Source: Polyangiales bacterium | GTDB taxonomy: Bacteria; Myxococcota_A; Polyangia; Polyangiales; Polyangiaceae | Direction of reading: 5' to 3' | Length of the DNA stretch: 23,308 nt | Assembly (NCBI GenBank): GCA_038230375.1 | Contig: JBBRNJ010000113.1 | Location: 1 to 23,308, forward strand | Part shown: piece after piece, positions 1 through 7,255 of the stretch | Position numbering within the stretch: position 1 is the stretch's first letter | How the letters are laid out: each line of letters starts with the position of its first letter | Made by a program: the position numbers and the translations under genes | Notes under the pieces: model-generated | Databases searched by the model: none | What the model saw: the letters and a program-made list of their open reading frames with translations, nothing else | What the model was told of the DNA's origin: nothing

Positions 1-88
1 AGGCCGCCAGGTACTGCGCACACGCCTCTTCGCCCGCGAAGCGAGCCTGAAATTCCCGCAAGTTTGCTGGAAACGATGGCCTGGGCAA
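1..88 (-). CDS. IS1595-family transposase, N-terminal fragment (partial; not in the ORF track)
   Basis: Manual translation from TTG at 88 gives MPRPSFPANLREFQARFAGEEACAQYLAA. This matches the FP..L.EF...F..EEAC..YL pattern that precedes the RWP.GF.CP.C zinc ribbon of IS1595/ISXO2-like transposases. Confidence 0.8.
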   Translation of the reverse strand, partial: MPRPSFPANLREFQARFAGEEACAQYLAA

Positions 89-134
89 GACCCCATACTA
101 CCGGCAGGGTCTTGCTGAAACAACCGGACAAGCA
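1..134 (-). mobile_element. Left end of an IS1595-family insertion sequence (continues beyond the window start)
   Basis: The minus strand from about 134 reads TGCTTGTCCGGTTGTTTCAGC, which resembles IS1595-type terminal IRs as I recall them. It is followed by a transposase-like N-terminus. The exact end is uncertain by a few bp. Confidence 0.7.
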
Positions 135-142
135 GGAGCTAG

Positions 143-1492
143 CTAGCGATACATGCGCGAGATGCGTTCCTCTGGTGAGCGCCGATCCGCGAGGAGAAGA
201 CAGAGGTAGAAGCAAAGCTCCGCTGGCTTCATGAGGACCAGGATCATGTCCGCCAGCCACGGTCCGCGAATGAGCTGGCTCACCGGGTAGCCAAGGCGAT
301 CGTAGGTACGGCGCGCGACCGCACCGAGGCGCGGCCACCGCTCGTGGAGCAGGTCCTCGAACGCGTTCGCGATCGCGAGCTGCCGGTTGACGATGATGGG
401 CTGACCGCGACGCACGCCGATGCGCTCCGGGCGGGCGAGCCAGCGGTGCCCGCGCGCGGCGACGGTGCACAGGTAGTGGCAGTCACCGTGTGGGATGGTC
501 TGGAAAGGGATCTGCGAGAACGTGTGCCCGCACGTCCTGGTGAACGCGGCGACCGCGCCATATCTGTCATGCTGGATGAGCCCGGCGACGAGCGCGTAGA
601 CCCCAAGGACCACGGGGACCCGTGCCACCGAGCCCGCGAGCACGCGCACGTTCACGCGCGGAGACGCCGGGGCCGCATGCACCTCTGCGCCGCGGAACGG
701 ATCACTCACCTTCACCGGCGGGGGCTGCGCGGCCTCTGCGCCACGACGCCGCAAACGCGCGCGCAGCTCGACGGTGAGCAGGACGATGGTGAGCAGCGGC
801 GAGACGGCCGCGCCGCCCACTGGGTAGACAAGCAAGCCCACCACCACGTCGCCGGCGAAATGCGTCGCGATGACGGCGTGCATGACGATGCCTGCGAGCA
901 GCACGGCGTGAACCCACGGCTCGGCCTGCGGATGCAGCGCCTCGGGCCTTCGCCTGGACACGGCATACGCGAGCACCACGACCGCCTGCAGGCCCGCCAT
1001 CACGAGTACGCCAGGTTCACCCAGCGAGCGGACCTCGCCCACGTCACCGGTGCCGCAACCATCCAGCACGCAGCTCGCGGAGAGCCCATGGTTGAGGAGG
1101 ATTCCCCAGACCGGCATCACCACCAGCACGAGCAGCGCGTATGCGTTCCGCATCGCATCCATCGCGGCGCGACGACGACTCCCGATCACGACGGTCGCGA
1201 TGACGGCGATCGGCGCGGTCACACCTGCGAACGAGCAAAGAAGCTGCGCCGTGGTCCAAGCGTCCCACGGATGCTTCAACGCATCGAGCGCGGCGAAGAC
1301 CCCCAACACGCCCACGGAGCCATACGACACGATCAGGACGATGGCGTAGTAGACGCCAGCGAGGACAACCCAGACCGAGGGCTGGGGGACGCGTGGCGGA
1401 GGCTCTTGCGCTTGCGGCTCCTCCGGCGCTTGGGGCTCCTGCATGTGCGGGTCGTCCGGCGTTTTTGGCTCTTGCCCCTCTCCCTCGGTCAT
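143..1492 (-). CDS. Multi-pass membrane protein, DUF6688-like
   Basis: Likely start is ATG 1492 (MTEGEGQEP; 449 aa); the upstream extension overlaps the protease gene. It has about 8 hydrophobic segments and a C-terminal HYLCTVAARGH...IIVNRQLAIANAFE...YDRLGYP...MKPAE block typical of DUF6688. Confidence 0.75.
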   Translation of the reverse strand: MTEGEGQEPKTPDDPHMQEPQAPEEPQAQEPPPRVPQPSVWVVLAGVYYAIVLIVSYGSVGVLGVFAALDALKHPWDAWTTAQLLCSFAGVTAPIAVIATVVIGSRRRAAMDAMRNAYALLVLVVMPVWGILLNHGLSASCVLDGCGTGDVGEVRSLGEPGVLVMAGLQAVVVLAYAVSRRRPEALHPQAEPWVHAVLLAGIVMHAVIATHFAGDVVVGLLVYPVGGAAVSPLLTIVLLTVELRARLRRRGAEAAQPPPVKVSDPFRGAEVHAAPASPRVNVRVLAGSVARVPVVLGVYALVAGLIQHDRYGAVAAFTRTCGHTFSQIPFQTIPHGDCHYLCTVAARGHRWLARPERIGVRRGQPIIVNRQLAIANAFEDLLHERWPRLGAVARRTYDRLGYPVSQLIRGPWLADMILVLMKPAELCFYLCLLLADRRSPEERISRMYR

Positions 1493-1623
1493 GAGGATGG
1501 ATGTATCGCGAAGCCAATGACGTCGCGAGGCACTCCGCTCCTGCAGGTGAATTTTTCCGGGCTCACTGGCCTTTGTGGGCCCCGCTTGACCGCACGCCGT
1601 GAGCTGCCACAGTGCGCGCCAAC

Positions 1624-3117
1624 ATGCGCGCCCACACGCTGGTGTCAGTCTCGGTGGTCCTTGCAGCTCTCGTTGCATGCAGCGCCACGCCGCCGGACGA
1701 AAAGCTTGGTCAGACGAGCCAGAACATCGTCGGCGGCCAGTCGGACACGACCCACCAGGCCGTGGTGGCGGTCGGCCTGGCGCAGGGGGCATGCACCGGC
1801 ACCATCATCAAGACGGATCCGGCGACGGGCGTTGGCTGGGTGCTTGCGGCGGGGCACTGCATCGCGCTCGGTGGTGCTGCGCAGGTGGTGATCCAGGGCG
1901 ACGACGTGACCTCCTCATCGTCGCTGCAGTACCAGGTGCTGAGCGGCACGGTGCACCCCACGTACAACTCGAAGGACGTCTCTTCCGATCACGACTTCTC
2001 GATGATCACGATCGCCGGCGTGGACAAGGACACGCCCACGATGCCGATCCCCGCGTCCGCAACCGACGGCGTGAAGATCGGCAACACGGTCATGAGCATC
2101 GGCTACGGCGCCACCGCCGGCGGTGCGACCCCCACGCCGAGCAACGTTCGCAAGAACGTGACCATGAAGATCTCCAAGATCCACGGCCTGGACGGCGCGG
2201 CCGGGACCACCCAGCTCGAGGATGATCGCTCGCAGAGTGGCAGCAGCGGCGCCGTGGGCGTGCCGTGCGAAGGCGACAGCGGCGGCCCCGTGGTCGACGC
2301 GAATGGCGTCGTCGTCGCGGTCCACTCCTACGGCGACACTGGATGCACGCAGTACATCACGAGCGATCGCGTCAGCTCCGAGCTCACGTGGATCAACGGC
2401 GAGCTTGCGAAGGCCCCCGCGAACGACTGCGCGCTCTGCCAGGCGAAGGTCTACTCCGGCAAGTACACCTGCGCGCAGCAGCAGTCCGCATGTCTTGCGG
2501 ACAAGGACTGCGGCGCCATCAACACGTGCGCGAACAAATGCGCCGCGAGCGACAACGCGTGCGTGCAGAAATGCTTCTCCGCGACGCCGCTCGGACTGGG
2601 CCCGCTCAACGGCGTCCAGCTCTGCGGCTGCAACACCGCGTGCGCCACGGAGTGCAAGACGGACAAGAGCTGCAGCGGCGTGCCGAAGTGCGGCTTCTCG
2701 CTCAACGTCGGCAAGTGCACCACGTACACGGAGGGCACGTGCTGCAACGAGCTCGCGGCTGCCTCGGTCGACAAGGTCGGCTTCCTCTGCCTCCAGCAGT
2801 CTGGCAAGTACGCCGGCTGCGACAAGAGCGCCGCCTACCAGACGCTCCTCACCTGCCAGAAAAAAAGCACGGACTGCGCCGCGGTCGGAGCGGGCGGAGC
2901 GGGCGGAGCAGGCGGCGACGGCGGTGCAGGCGGCGGAACGGGCGGCGCGGCGAGCGGTGACGGGACGGGAGGGGCCAGCGGCGACGGCACCCCCACGAGC
3001 CACACCGTCACCACGGGCTGCAACGCGAGCAACCACAGCACGCCGCTCGACGGAGCCCTCTTCCTGGCAGGCACGGCCATCCTTGGCCTGCAGCGACGCC
3101 GCACCCGCCGCGCGTGA
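1624..3117 (+). CDS. Secreted/lipoprotein chymotrypsin-family (S1) serine protease with Cys-rich domain and MYXO-CTERM-like tail
   Basis: Signal peptide with lipobox LVAC, activation site IVGG, His motif LAAGHC, Asp motif DHDFSMI and Ser motif CEGDSGGP. These are followed by a Cys-rich region, a Gly-rich linker and TGCNAS...GALFLAGTAILGLQRRRTRRA. Confidence 0.9.
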   Translation: MRAHTLVSVSVVLAALVACSATPPDEKLGQTSQNIVGGQSDTTHQAVVAVGLAQGACTGTIIKTDPATGVGWVLAAGHCIALGGAAQVVIQGDDVTSSSSLQYQVLSGTVHPTYNSKDVSSDHDFSMITIAGVDKDTPTMPIPASATDGVKIGNTVMSIGYGATAGGATPTPSNVRKNVTMKISKIHGLDGAAGTTQLEDDRSQSGSSGAVGVPCEGDSGGPVVDANGVVVAVHSYGDTGCTQYITSDRVSSELTWINGELAKAPANDCALCQAKVYSGKYTCAQQQSACLADKDCGAINTCANKCAASDNACVQKCFSATPLGLGPLNGVQLCGCNTACATECKTDKSCSGVPKCGFSLNVGKCTTYTEGTCCNELAAASVDKVGFLCLQQSGKYAGCDKSAAYQTLLTCQKKSTDCAAVGAGGAGGAGGDGGAGGGTGGAASGDGTGGASGDGTPTSHTVTTGCNASNHSTPLDGALFLAGTAILGLQRRRTRRA

Positions 3118-3194
3118 TCGTCAGCGCGTGATCGTCAGCGCGTGATCGTCAGCGCGTGATTGTCAGCGCGTGATCGTCAGCGCTTGATCTTCAG
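3111..3194. repeat. Tandem array of 6 x 14 bp (CGCGTGATCGTCAG)
   Basis: Units start at 3111, 3125, 3139, 3153 (1 mismatch), 3167 and 3181 (2 mismatches). The array fills the gap between two convergent genes. Confidence 0.95.
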
Positions 3195-5353
3195 CGTGGG
3201 GACGGAGCGCCTCTTCGGTAGACGCTGATGATGGGGACGCCGTCGTGGGTGAGCACGTAGTCGGGCGTGGGATGGCTGTATTCTACCCAGATATTGTAGT
3301 CGATCTCCGCCATGTGGAGCTCGTGGTGGACGATCGAGAACAGCGCCTCGCTCGGCGTGCCCACGCCGCGTAGGTCCTTGCGGACGCGTCCCTCGTCCAC
3401 CAGGCGCGCCCACGAGTCCCATGCAGTGTCGTGGATGAAGACGGTGGCGTTGCGCGGCGCGTTCTTCTCGAAGTACGGCGCAAGGCTCTCCGTGGTGAAG
3501 CCCCAGAACTGGCGGTTCAGGCCAAGGTCCGCGCCGCCCGCCGTGCCGCCCACGAACGGCACGTACGCAGACAGGCCGAACGGATGCGAGTGCGCCGTGA
3601 CCGCGAGCGGCGCGATGACAACGCTGGCCGCGAGGAGCGCGTCGCCGATCTGCCTTCGCTTGCCGGTGAGTGTCCACCTGGTGACGCGCACGAACGCGCT
3701 CGCGATGATGTCGAAGCCGCGGCCCGCGAAGATCGCGAGCGCCGGGTACGCAGGGAACCAGTGCTTGGTGCCGCCGAAGATCGGCGTGGACGGCAAGAAG
3801 AACACCGCGAGCGGCACGGCGAGCGCAAGGAACAGCAGCACATCTCCCTGCACCCGGTCAGGCTTCTCCGCAAAGCCCTTCGGCGCGGGCATCGACAGCG
3901 TACGCGTCACGTACGCCTGAGCGCGACGGAAGATCGAGCGAAGGCGATCGCCCGCGCCGATGAGGAAGAGGAGCACCGTGACAGTGGGCACCGTCGCCGC
4001 GATCAACACGGGCGCATAGGCCTTGGGTGAGGGCGGTCCCCAGTAGTTCTTACCGAGGAACTCGATGTTGTAATACTCGTGGTGCAAGTGGAAGTTGAAC
4101 CACTCCTGCACGCGCGCAACGGTGTCGTTCCAGAGCCATGGCCAGAGCGCGACGAACACGAGCGGCCCCACCGTCGCCATCGCGACGATCGAGCCGGGCA
4201 CCGCAAGCGTGGCTGTGGGCGCAGCGGGCGCGGGCGGCGGTGCGCTCGCCTTCGGGTCGACCTTCCTGGGGCCGCGGATCCATTTCACGATCGAGATCGG
4301 AAACGCGACGAGGTCCGGCCAGTGCACGAGCACCGCATGCGGAAGGAATACGCCGGGCAGCATCCAGGCGTTGTGCTTGGTGTCGAGCGTGAGCCCGTAG
4401 ACCACGCCGCACAGCAGCGCACGCCACACGCCGCCCTTCGTCTCTGCGCGCCAGTAGGTGTAGATGCAGAGGATCCACATCGCCATGATCGGCACGTCGA
4501 AGCAGGCGAGGTGTGCGTTGTAGAAGACGTTCGGCATGAGGCCGAGCAAGATCGCGCCCATCGCCCCAGCACGCCGTGAGTACACGCGCGCGCCAAACAG
4601 GTACGTCACGTAGATCGCGACGCCCATCATCACCATGCCCGGAAACCGGAAGGCCGTGCTCGCGTCGCTGAACAGGTGCCATTTCTGGTGGAAGAAGTGC
4701 CACGACAGCGCAAACAGGCTCTTCATCAACGCAGGATGCTCGTGGTTCGCCTGCCACGAAGCGTCGACGACGCTCTTCTCCATCGCCATCCCGGGATGCT
4801 CGAACAGCAGGTTGAACCACCGCGCATACTCGGTCGAAGCCCGAAAATAAAATCCCTCATCCCGAGCAAATCCCAGGCTCCGAGCCGTAGCGAGCAACCA
4901 CGCGACATAAGCCAACCCAAGCCCAACCCCAAAAAGATGGTCGTCCCGAGTGAGCTCCAAGGGCGAGCGTGAAGTCGAGGTCGAGGTCGAGGTCGAGGGC
5001 GAGGTCGAAGTCGAGGTCGAGGTCGAAGTCGAGGTCGAGGTCGAAGTCGAAGTCGAAGTCGAAGTCGGAGTCGAGGTCGAAGTCGTGCTCGGCTTCTCGC
5101 TGTCGTTGACCTTGGCCTTCTCTTCGACCTTGGCTTCAACCTTCTCCTCGACCTTGGCCTTCTCTTCGACCTTGGCTTCAACCTTCTCCTCGACCTTGGC
5201 CTTCTCCTCGACCTTGGCCTTCTCCTCGACCTTGGCCTTCTCCTCGACCTTGGCCTTCTCCTCGACCTTGGCCTCGGCCTTCTCCTCGACCTTGGCCTCA
5301 GCCTTCTCCTCGGCCGCGATCTTCGGCTCGGACTTCTTCTCTTCGTCGCTCAT
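3191..5353 (-). CDS. GT-C glycosyltransferase (GT39/PMT_2/ArnT-like) with low-complexity N-terminal extension
   Basis: ATG 5353 overlaps the upstream stop (ATGA). It has an acidic pair after TM1 (GFARDEGFY), HEHPALMK, AFRFPG, HLACFDVP, LDTKHNAW, many TM helices and a C-terminal soluble domain. Confidence 0.85.
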   Translation of the reverse strand: MSDEEKKSEPKIAAEEKAEAKVEEKAEAKVEEKAKVEEKAKVEEKAKVEEKAKVEEKVEAKVEEKAKVEEKVEAKVEEKAKVNDSEKPSTTSTSTPTSTSTSTSTSTSTSTSTSTSTSPSTSTSTSTSRSPLELTRDDHLFGVGLGLAYVAWLLATARSLGFARDEGFYFRASTEYARWFNLLFEHPGMAMEKSVVDASWQANHEHPALMKSLFALSWHFFHQKWHLFSDASTAFRFPGMVMMGVAIYVTYLFGARVYSRRAGAMGAILLGLMPNVFYNAHLACFDVPIMAMWILCIYTYWRAETKGGVWRALLCGVVYGLTLDTKHNAWMLPGVFLPHAVLVHWPDLVAFPISIVKWIRGPRKVDPKASAPPPAPAAPTATLAVPGSIVAMATVGPLVFVALWPWLWNDTVARVQEWFNFHLHHEYYNIEFLGKNYWGPPSPKAYAPVLIAATVPTVTVLLFLIGAGDRLRSIFRRAQAYVTRTLSMPAPKGFAEKPDRVQGDVLLFLALAVPLAVFFLPSTPIFGGTKHWFPAYPALAIFAGRGFDIIASAFVRVTRWTLTGKRRQIGDALLAASVVIAPLAVTAHSHPFGLSAYVPFVGGTAGGADLGLNRQFWGFTTESLAPYFEKNAPRNATVFIHDTAWDSWARLVDEGRVRKDLRGVGTPSEALFSIVHHELHMAEIDYNIWVEYSHPTPDYVLTHDGVPIISVYRRGAPSPR
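4969..5090 (-). repeat. Hexamer repeat (GTCGAG/GTCGAA on +) encoding a poly(Ser-Thr) tract
   Basis: About 40 residues STTSTSTPTSTST...STS in the GT-C N-terminus. Confidence 0.9.
5108..5311 (-). repeat. 18/24-bp coding repeat encoding 9 x AKVEEK
   Basis: Unit TTCTCCTCGACCTTGGCC on +; protein AEAKVEEK-AEAKVEEK-AKVEEK... Confidence 0.9.
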
Positions 5354-6390
5354 CGCGTGTCCGCCGCGAAGCAGTACTGGCGCAGCTGGCTGCGCGAAAT
5401 CACGTCGACCGTGAGCTCGCCGCGCTGTCCGGCGAGCTCCTGGGTGCTGAGCTCGAAGCCCGTCCATCCCGTGCCGACGCGGTGCTCTGCGCGGCCGATG
5501 TTCTTGTCGCCGGACTTGAAGACGAGGCTCACGATCTCACCGGTGGCGTGGCGCTCGGTGTCGTAGTGCAGGCTGTGGTGGCCGTGGACCGCGTTGCCGA
5601 ACGTGATGTTCGCGAACTTGATGCGCAGCGCGCCGCCAGGGCCGACGGTGGGCGCAAGGATGCACTGCCGCGGATCGTGCTCGAGATCCTGGATGACGCT
5701 GACGCCAGCGAACGTGCCGTTGCAGTTCCACCGGGCGCCCGGCGTTGCCGGACCGAACGGGTAGTACACGCCGCCCGACTGCGTGGGCCCGACGTTGTAC
5801 GCGCACGGCTGCTCCATGCCAGACCCCAGGTCCACGCGATACGCCGTGGCCTGATCCGGCGTGAGGTGCTGCACGAGATCGTCCTTCACGACGGCGGGCG
5901 AAGGGTTCGTCAGCACGGTCACGGTGACACCGCCGAACTGTCGCTCCTCGGTCTTCTTCCATCCAAGGACCTCGGGCCGGTGCTCACCGCGGATGGAGAG
6001 CTCGAAGGCGCGCGCGAAGCGGGTCTCGTCGGGGCGCGCGCTCCGCGCCATGGTCATGATGTTCGGCCCTGCCATCTCGCGACCGATGGGGTCGACCCAT
6101 TTCGGGGCAAAGAGCACCAGATCGTCGGGCTTGAGCTCCTTCTCGATGGAATGCGCGGCATCGGCGAAGTGCCGATCCGGTACCACGCTGTGCGTCTGCT
6201 GCACGTGAAGCACGAGCTCCACGATGCCGACCGCGGGCACCACGACGAACGCCCACCTGCGCCACGCGGGCGCGAGCCGGAGCGGGTCACGCGCCTTCGT
6301 GCCGGGATTCGTCGACTCGGCCCACTGGCCTTCGTCGAGCTTCTCCATGCCCTCGGGGAGCTCCTTCGCCACGTCGTCATCGGTGCTCAA
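5350..6390 (-). CDS. Hypothetical single-pass membrane protein with large extracytoplasmic domain (putative GT-C partner)
   Basis: TTG start (uncertain). An acidic N-terminus is followed by a TM segment (WAFVVVPAVGIVELVL), an alpha/beta segment (FADAAHSIEKELKPDDLVLFAPKW) and a beta-rich C-terminal domain with 4 Cys. Its stop overlaps the GT-C start. Confidence 0.75.
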   Translation of the reverse strand: MSTDDDVAKELPEGMEKLDEGQWAESTNPGTKARDPLRLAPAWRRWAFVVVPAVGIVELVLHVQQTHSVVPDRHFADAAHSIEKELKPDDLVLFAPKWVDPIGREMAGPNIMTMARSARPDETRFARAFELSIRGEHRPEVLGWKKTEERQFGGVTVTVLTNPSPAVVKDDLVQHLTPDQATAYRVDLGSGMEQPCAYNVGPTQSGGVYYPFGPATPGARWNCNGTFAGVSVIQDLEHDPRQCILAPTVGPGGALRIKFANITFGNAVHGHHSLHYDTERHATGEIVSLVFKSGDKNIGRAEHRVGTGWTGFELSTQELAGQRGELTVDVISRSQLRQYCFAADTR

Positions 6391-6420
6391 GGTGGCGAGA
6401 GCTTACACGACATTCGCGGG

Positions 6421-6449
6421 ATGACACCACCGCGCGCCTGTACTAGTAC
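6421..6449 (+). promoter_or_regulatory. Putative sigma70-type promoter for bacNOP, overlapping a palindrome
   Basis: ATGACA (6421-6426), 17 bp, TAGTAC (6444-6449). A perfect palindrome GTACTAGTAC sits at 6440-6449 in the 70-bp divergent gap. Confidence 0.35.
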
Positions 6450-6460
6450 GCGGAGCTGAG

Positions 6461-6862
6461 ATGGCAAAAGCAACCGCCTCCCGCGAAGCAGTCATCGGTC
6501 GCTCGGCCAAGGTCCGAGGTCGCATCACCGGCGAAGGTGATCTCACCGTGCTCGGCCAGGTCGAGGGGGAGATCAACTTGAAGGGCGACCTGGTCATCGG
6601 CGAAGGCGGCTCGATCCAGGCCGGCACATCCGGAGTCGACGCCAACACGGTCACCGTCTCGGGCACCCTCGAAGGCGATGTCCACGCGCGCGGCATGATC
6701 CGCATCGAGTCCGGCGCGCACGTCCGCGGCGACATGCACGGCGCCAGCGTCTCGATCGAAGAAGGTGCATCCTACACGGGTCGTCTGGACGCCCAGTTCG
6801 ACCTGCCGCCGGAGCTCTCGGGAGAGGGCACTTCAAGGACCGGCACGGCAAAGCGCCGCTGA
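6461..6862 (+). CDS. bacN: Bactofilin (polymer-forming cytoskeletal protein), BacN-like
   Basis: Beta-helix repeats VIG...V.G.I.GEGDL.V.G.VEG.I...V.G...G...I.SGA.V.GD...IEEGA.Y.G. It ends with a DLPPEL motif and is first of three paralogs. Confidence 0.85.
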   Translation: MAKATASREAVIGRSAKVRGRITGEGDLTVLGQVEGEINLKGDLVIGEGGSIQAGTSGVDANTVTVSGTLEGDVHARGMIRIESGAHVRGDMHGASVSIEEGASYTGRLDAQFDLPPELSGEGTSRTGTAKRR

Positions 6863-6931
6863 GCCCGCTGAGCACCACCCAGCACCCGCCCAGCAACACG
6901 AACTTCATCCGGAACTTAGAGAGGAACGAAC

Positions 6932-7246
6932 ATGGCGAGCACTGTCATCGGTTCTGGCATCACCATCGAGGGCGAGATCACGACTGACGACGACGTCGTC
7001 GTTCAAGGAACGCTCCGCGGCAAGCTGACTGCCAAGGACGGCGTGACCGTGGAGGCCGGCGGCGTGGTCGAGGCGGACATCGTCTCGGGCCCGGCGCACG
7101 TGGCGGGCACTGTCACCGGCAACATCTCGTCCACGGACCGCGTGGACCTGCAGCACGGCGCTCGCGTCGTGGGCAACGTGAAGGCAACCCGGATCACCAT
7201 CGCAGACGGCGCTCAGTTCAAGGGCAACGTCGACATGGACGTTTGA
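6932..7246 (+). CDS. bacO: Bactofilin, BacO-like
   Basis: MASTVIGSGITIEGEI...ITIADGAQFKGNVDMDV closely resembles Myxococcus BacO as recalled. RBS GAGGA upstream. Confidence 0.9.
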   Translation: MASTVIGSGITIEGEITTDDDVVVQGTLRGKLTAKDGVTVEAGGVVEADIVSGPAHVAGTVTGNISSTDRVDLQHGARVVGNVKATRITIADGAQFKGNVDMDV

Positions 7247-7255
7247 AGGTAAAAC

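Noticed and set aside
1493..1792. N-terminal 100-aa extension of the DUF6688 ORF
   Set aside because: It overlaps the divergent protease gene and is not protein-like; ATG 1492 is more plausible.
344..1891. 515-aa plus-strand ORF
   Set aside because: Antisense shadow of the DUF6688 gene; R/H/G-rich with no motifs, as expected in high-GC DNA.
3111..3194. Possible CRISPR array
   Set aside because: The units are 14 bp and directly adjacent with no spacers, and no cas genes are present.
4950..5414. Plus-strand ORF with (VE)n and (LAFSST)n repeats
   Set aside because: It is the reverse-strand reading of the GT-C N-terminal repeats; the minus frame is supported by the ATGA coupling and the continuous enzyme ORF.
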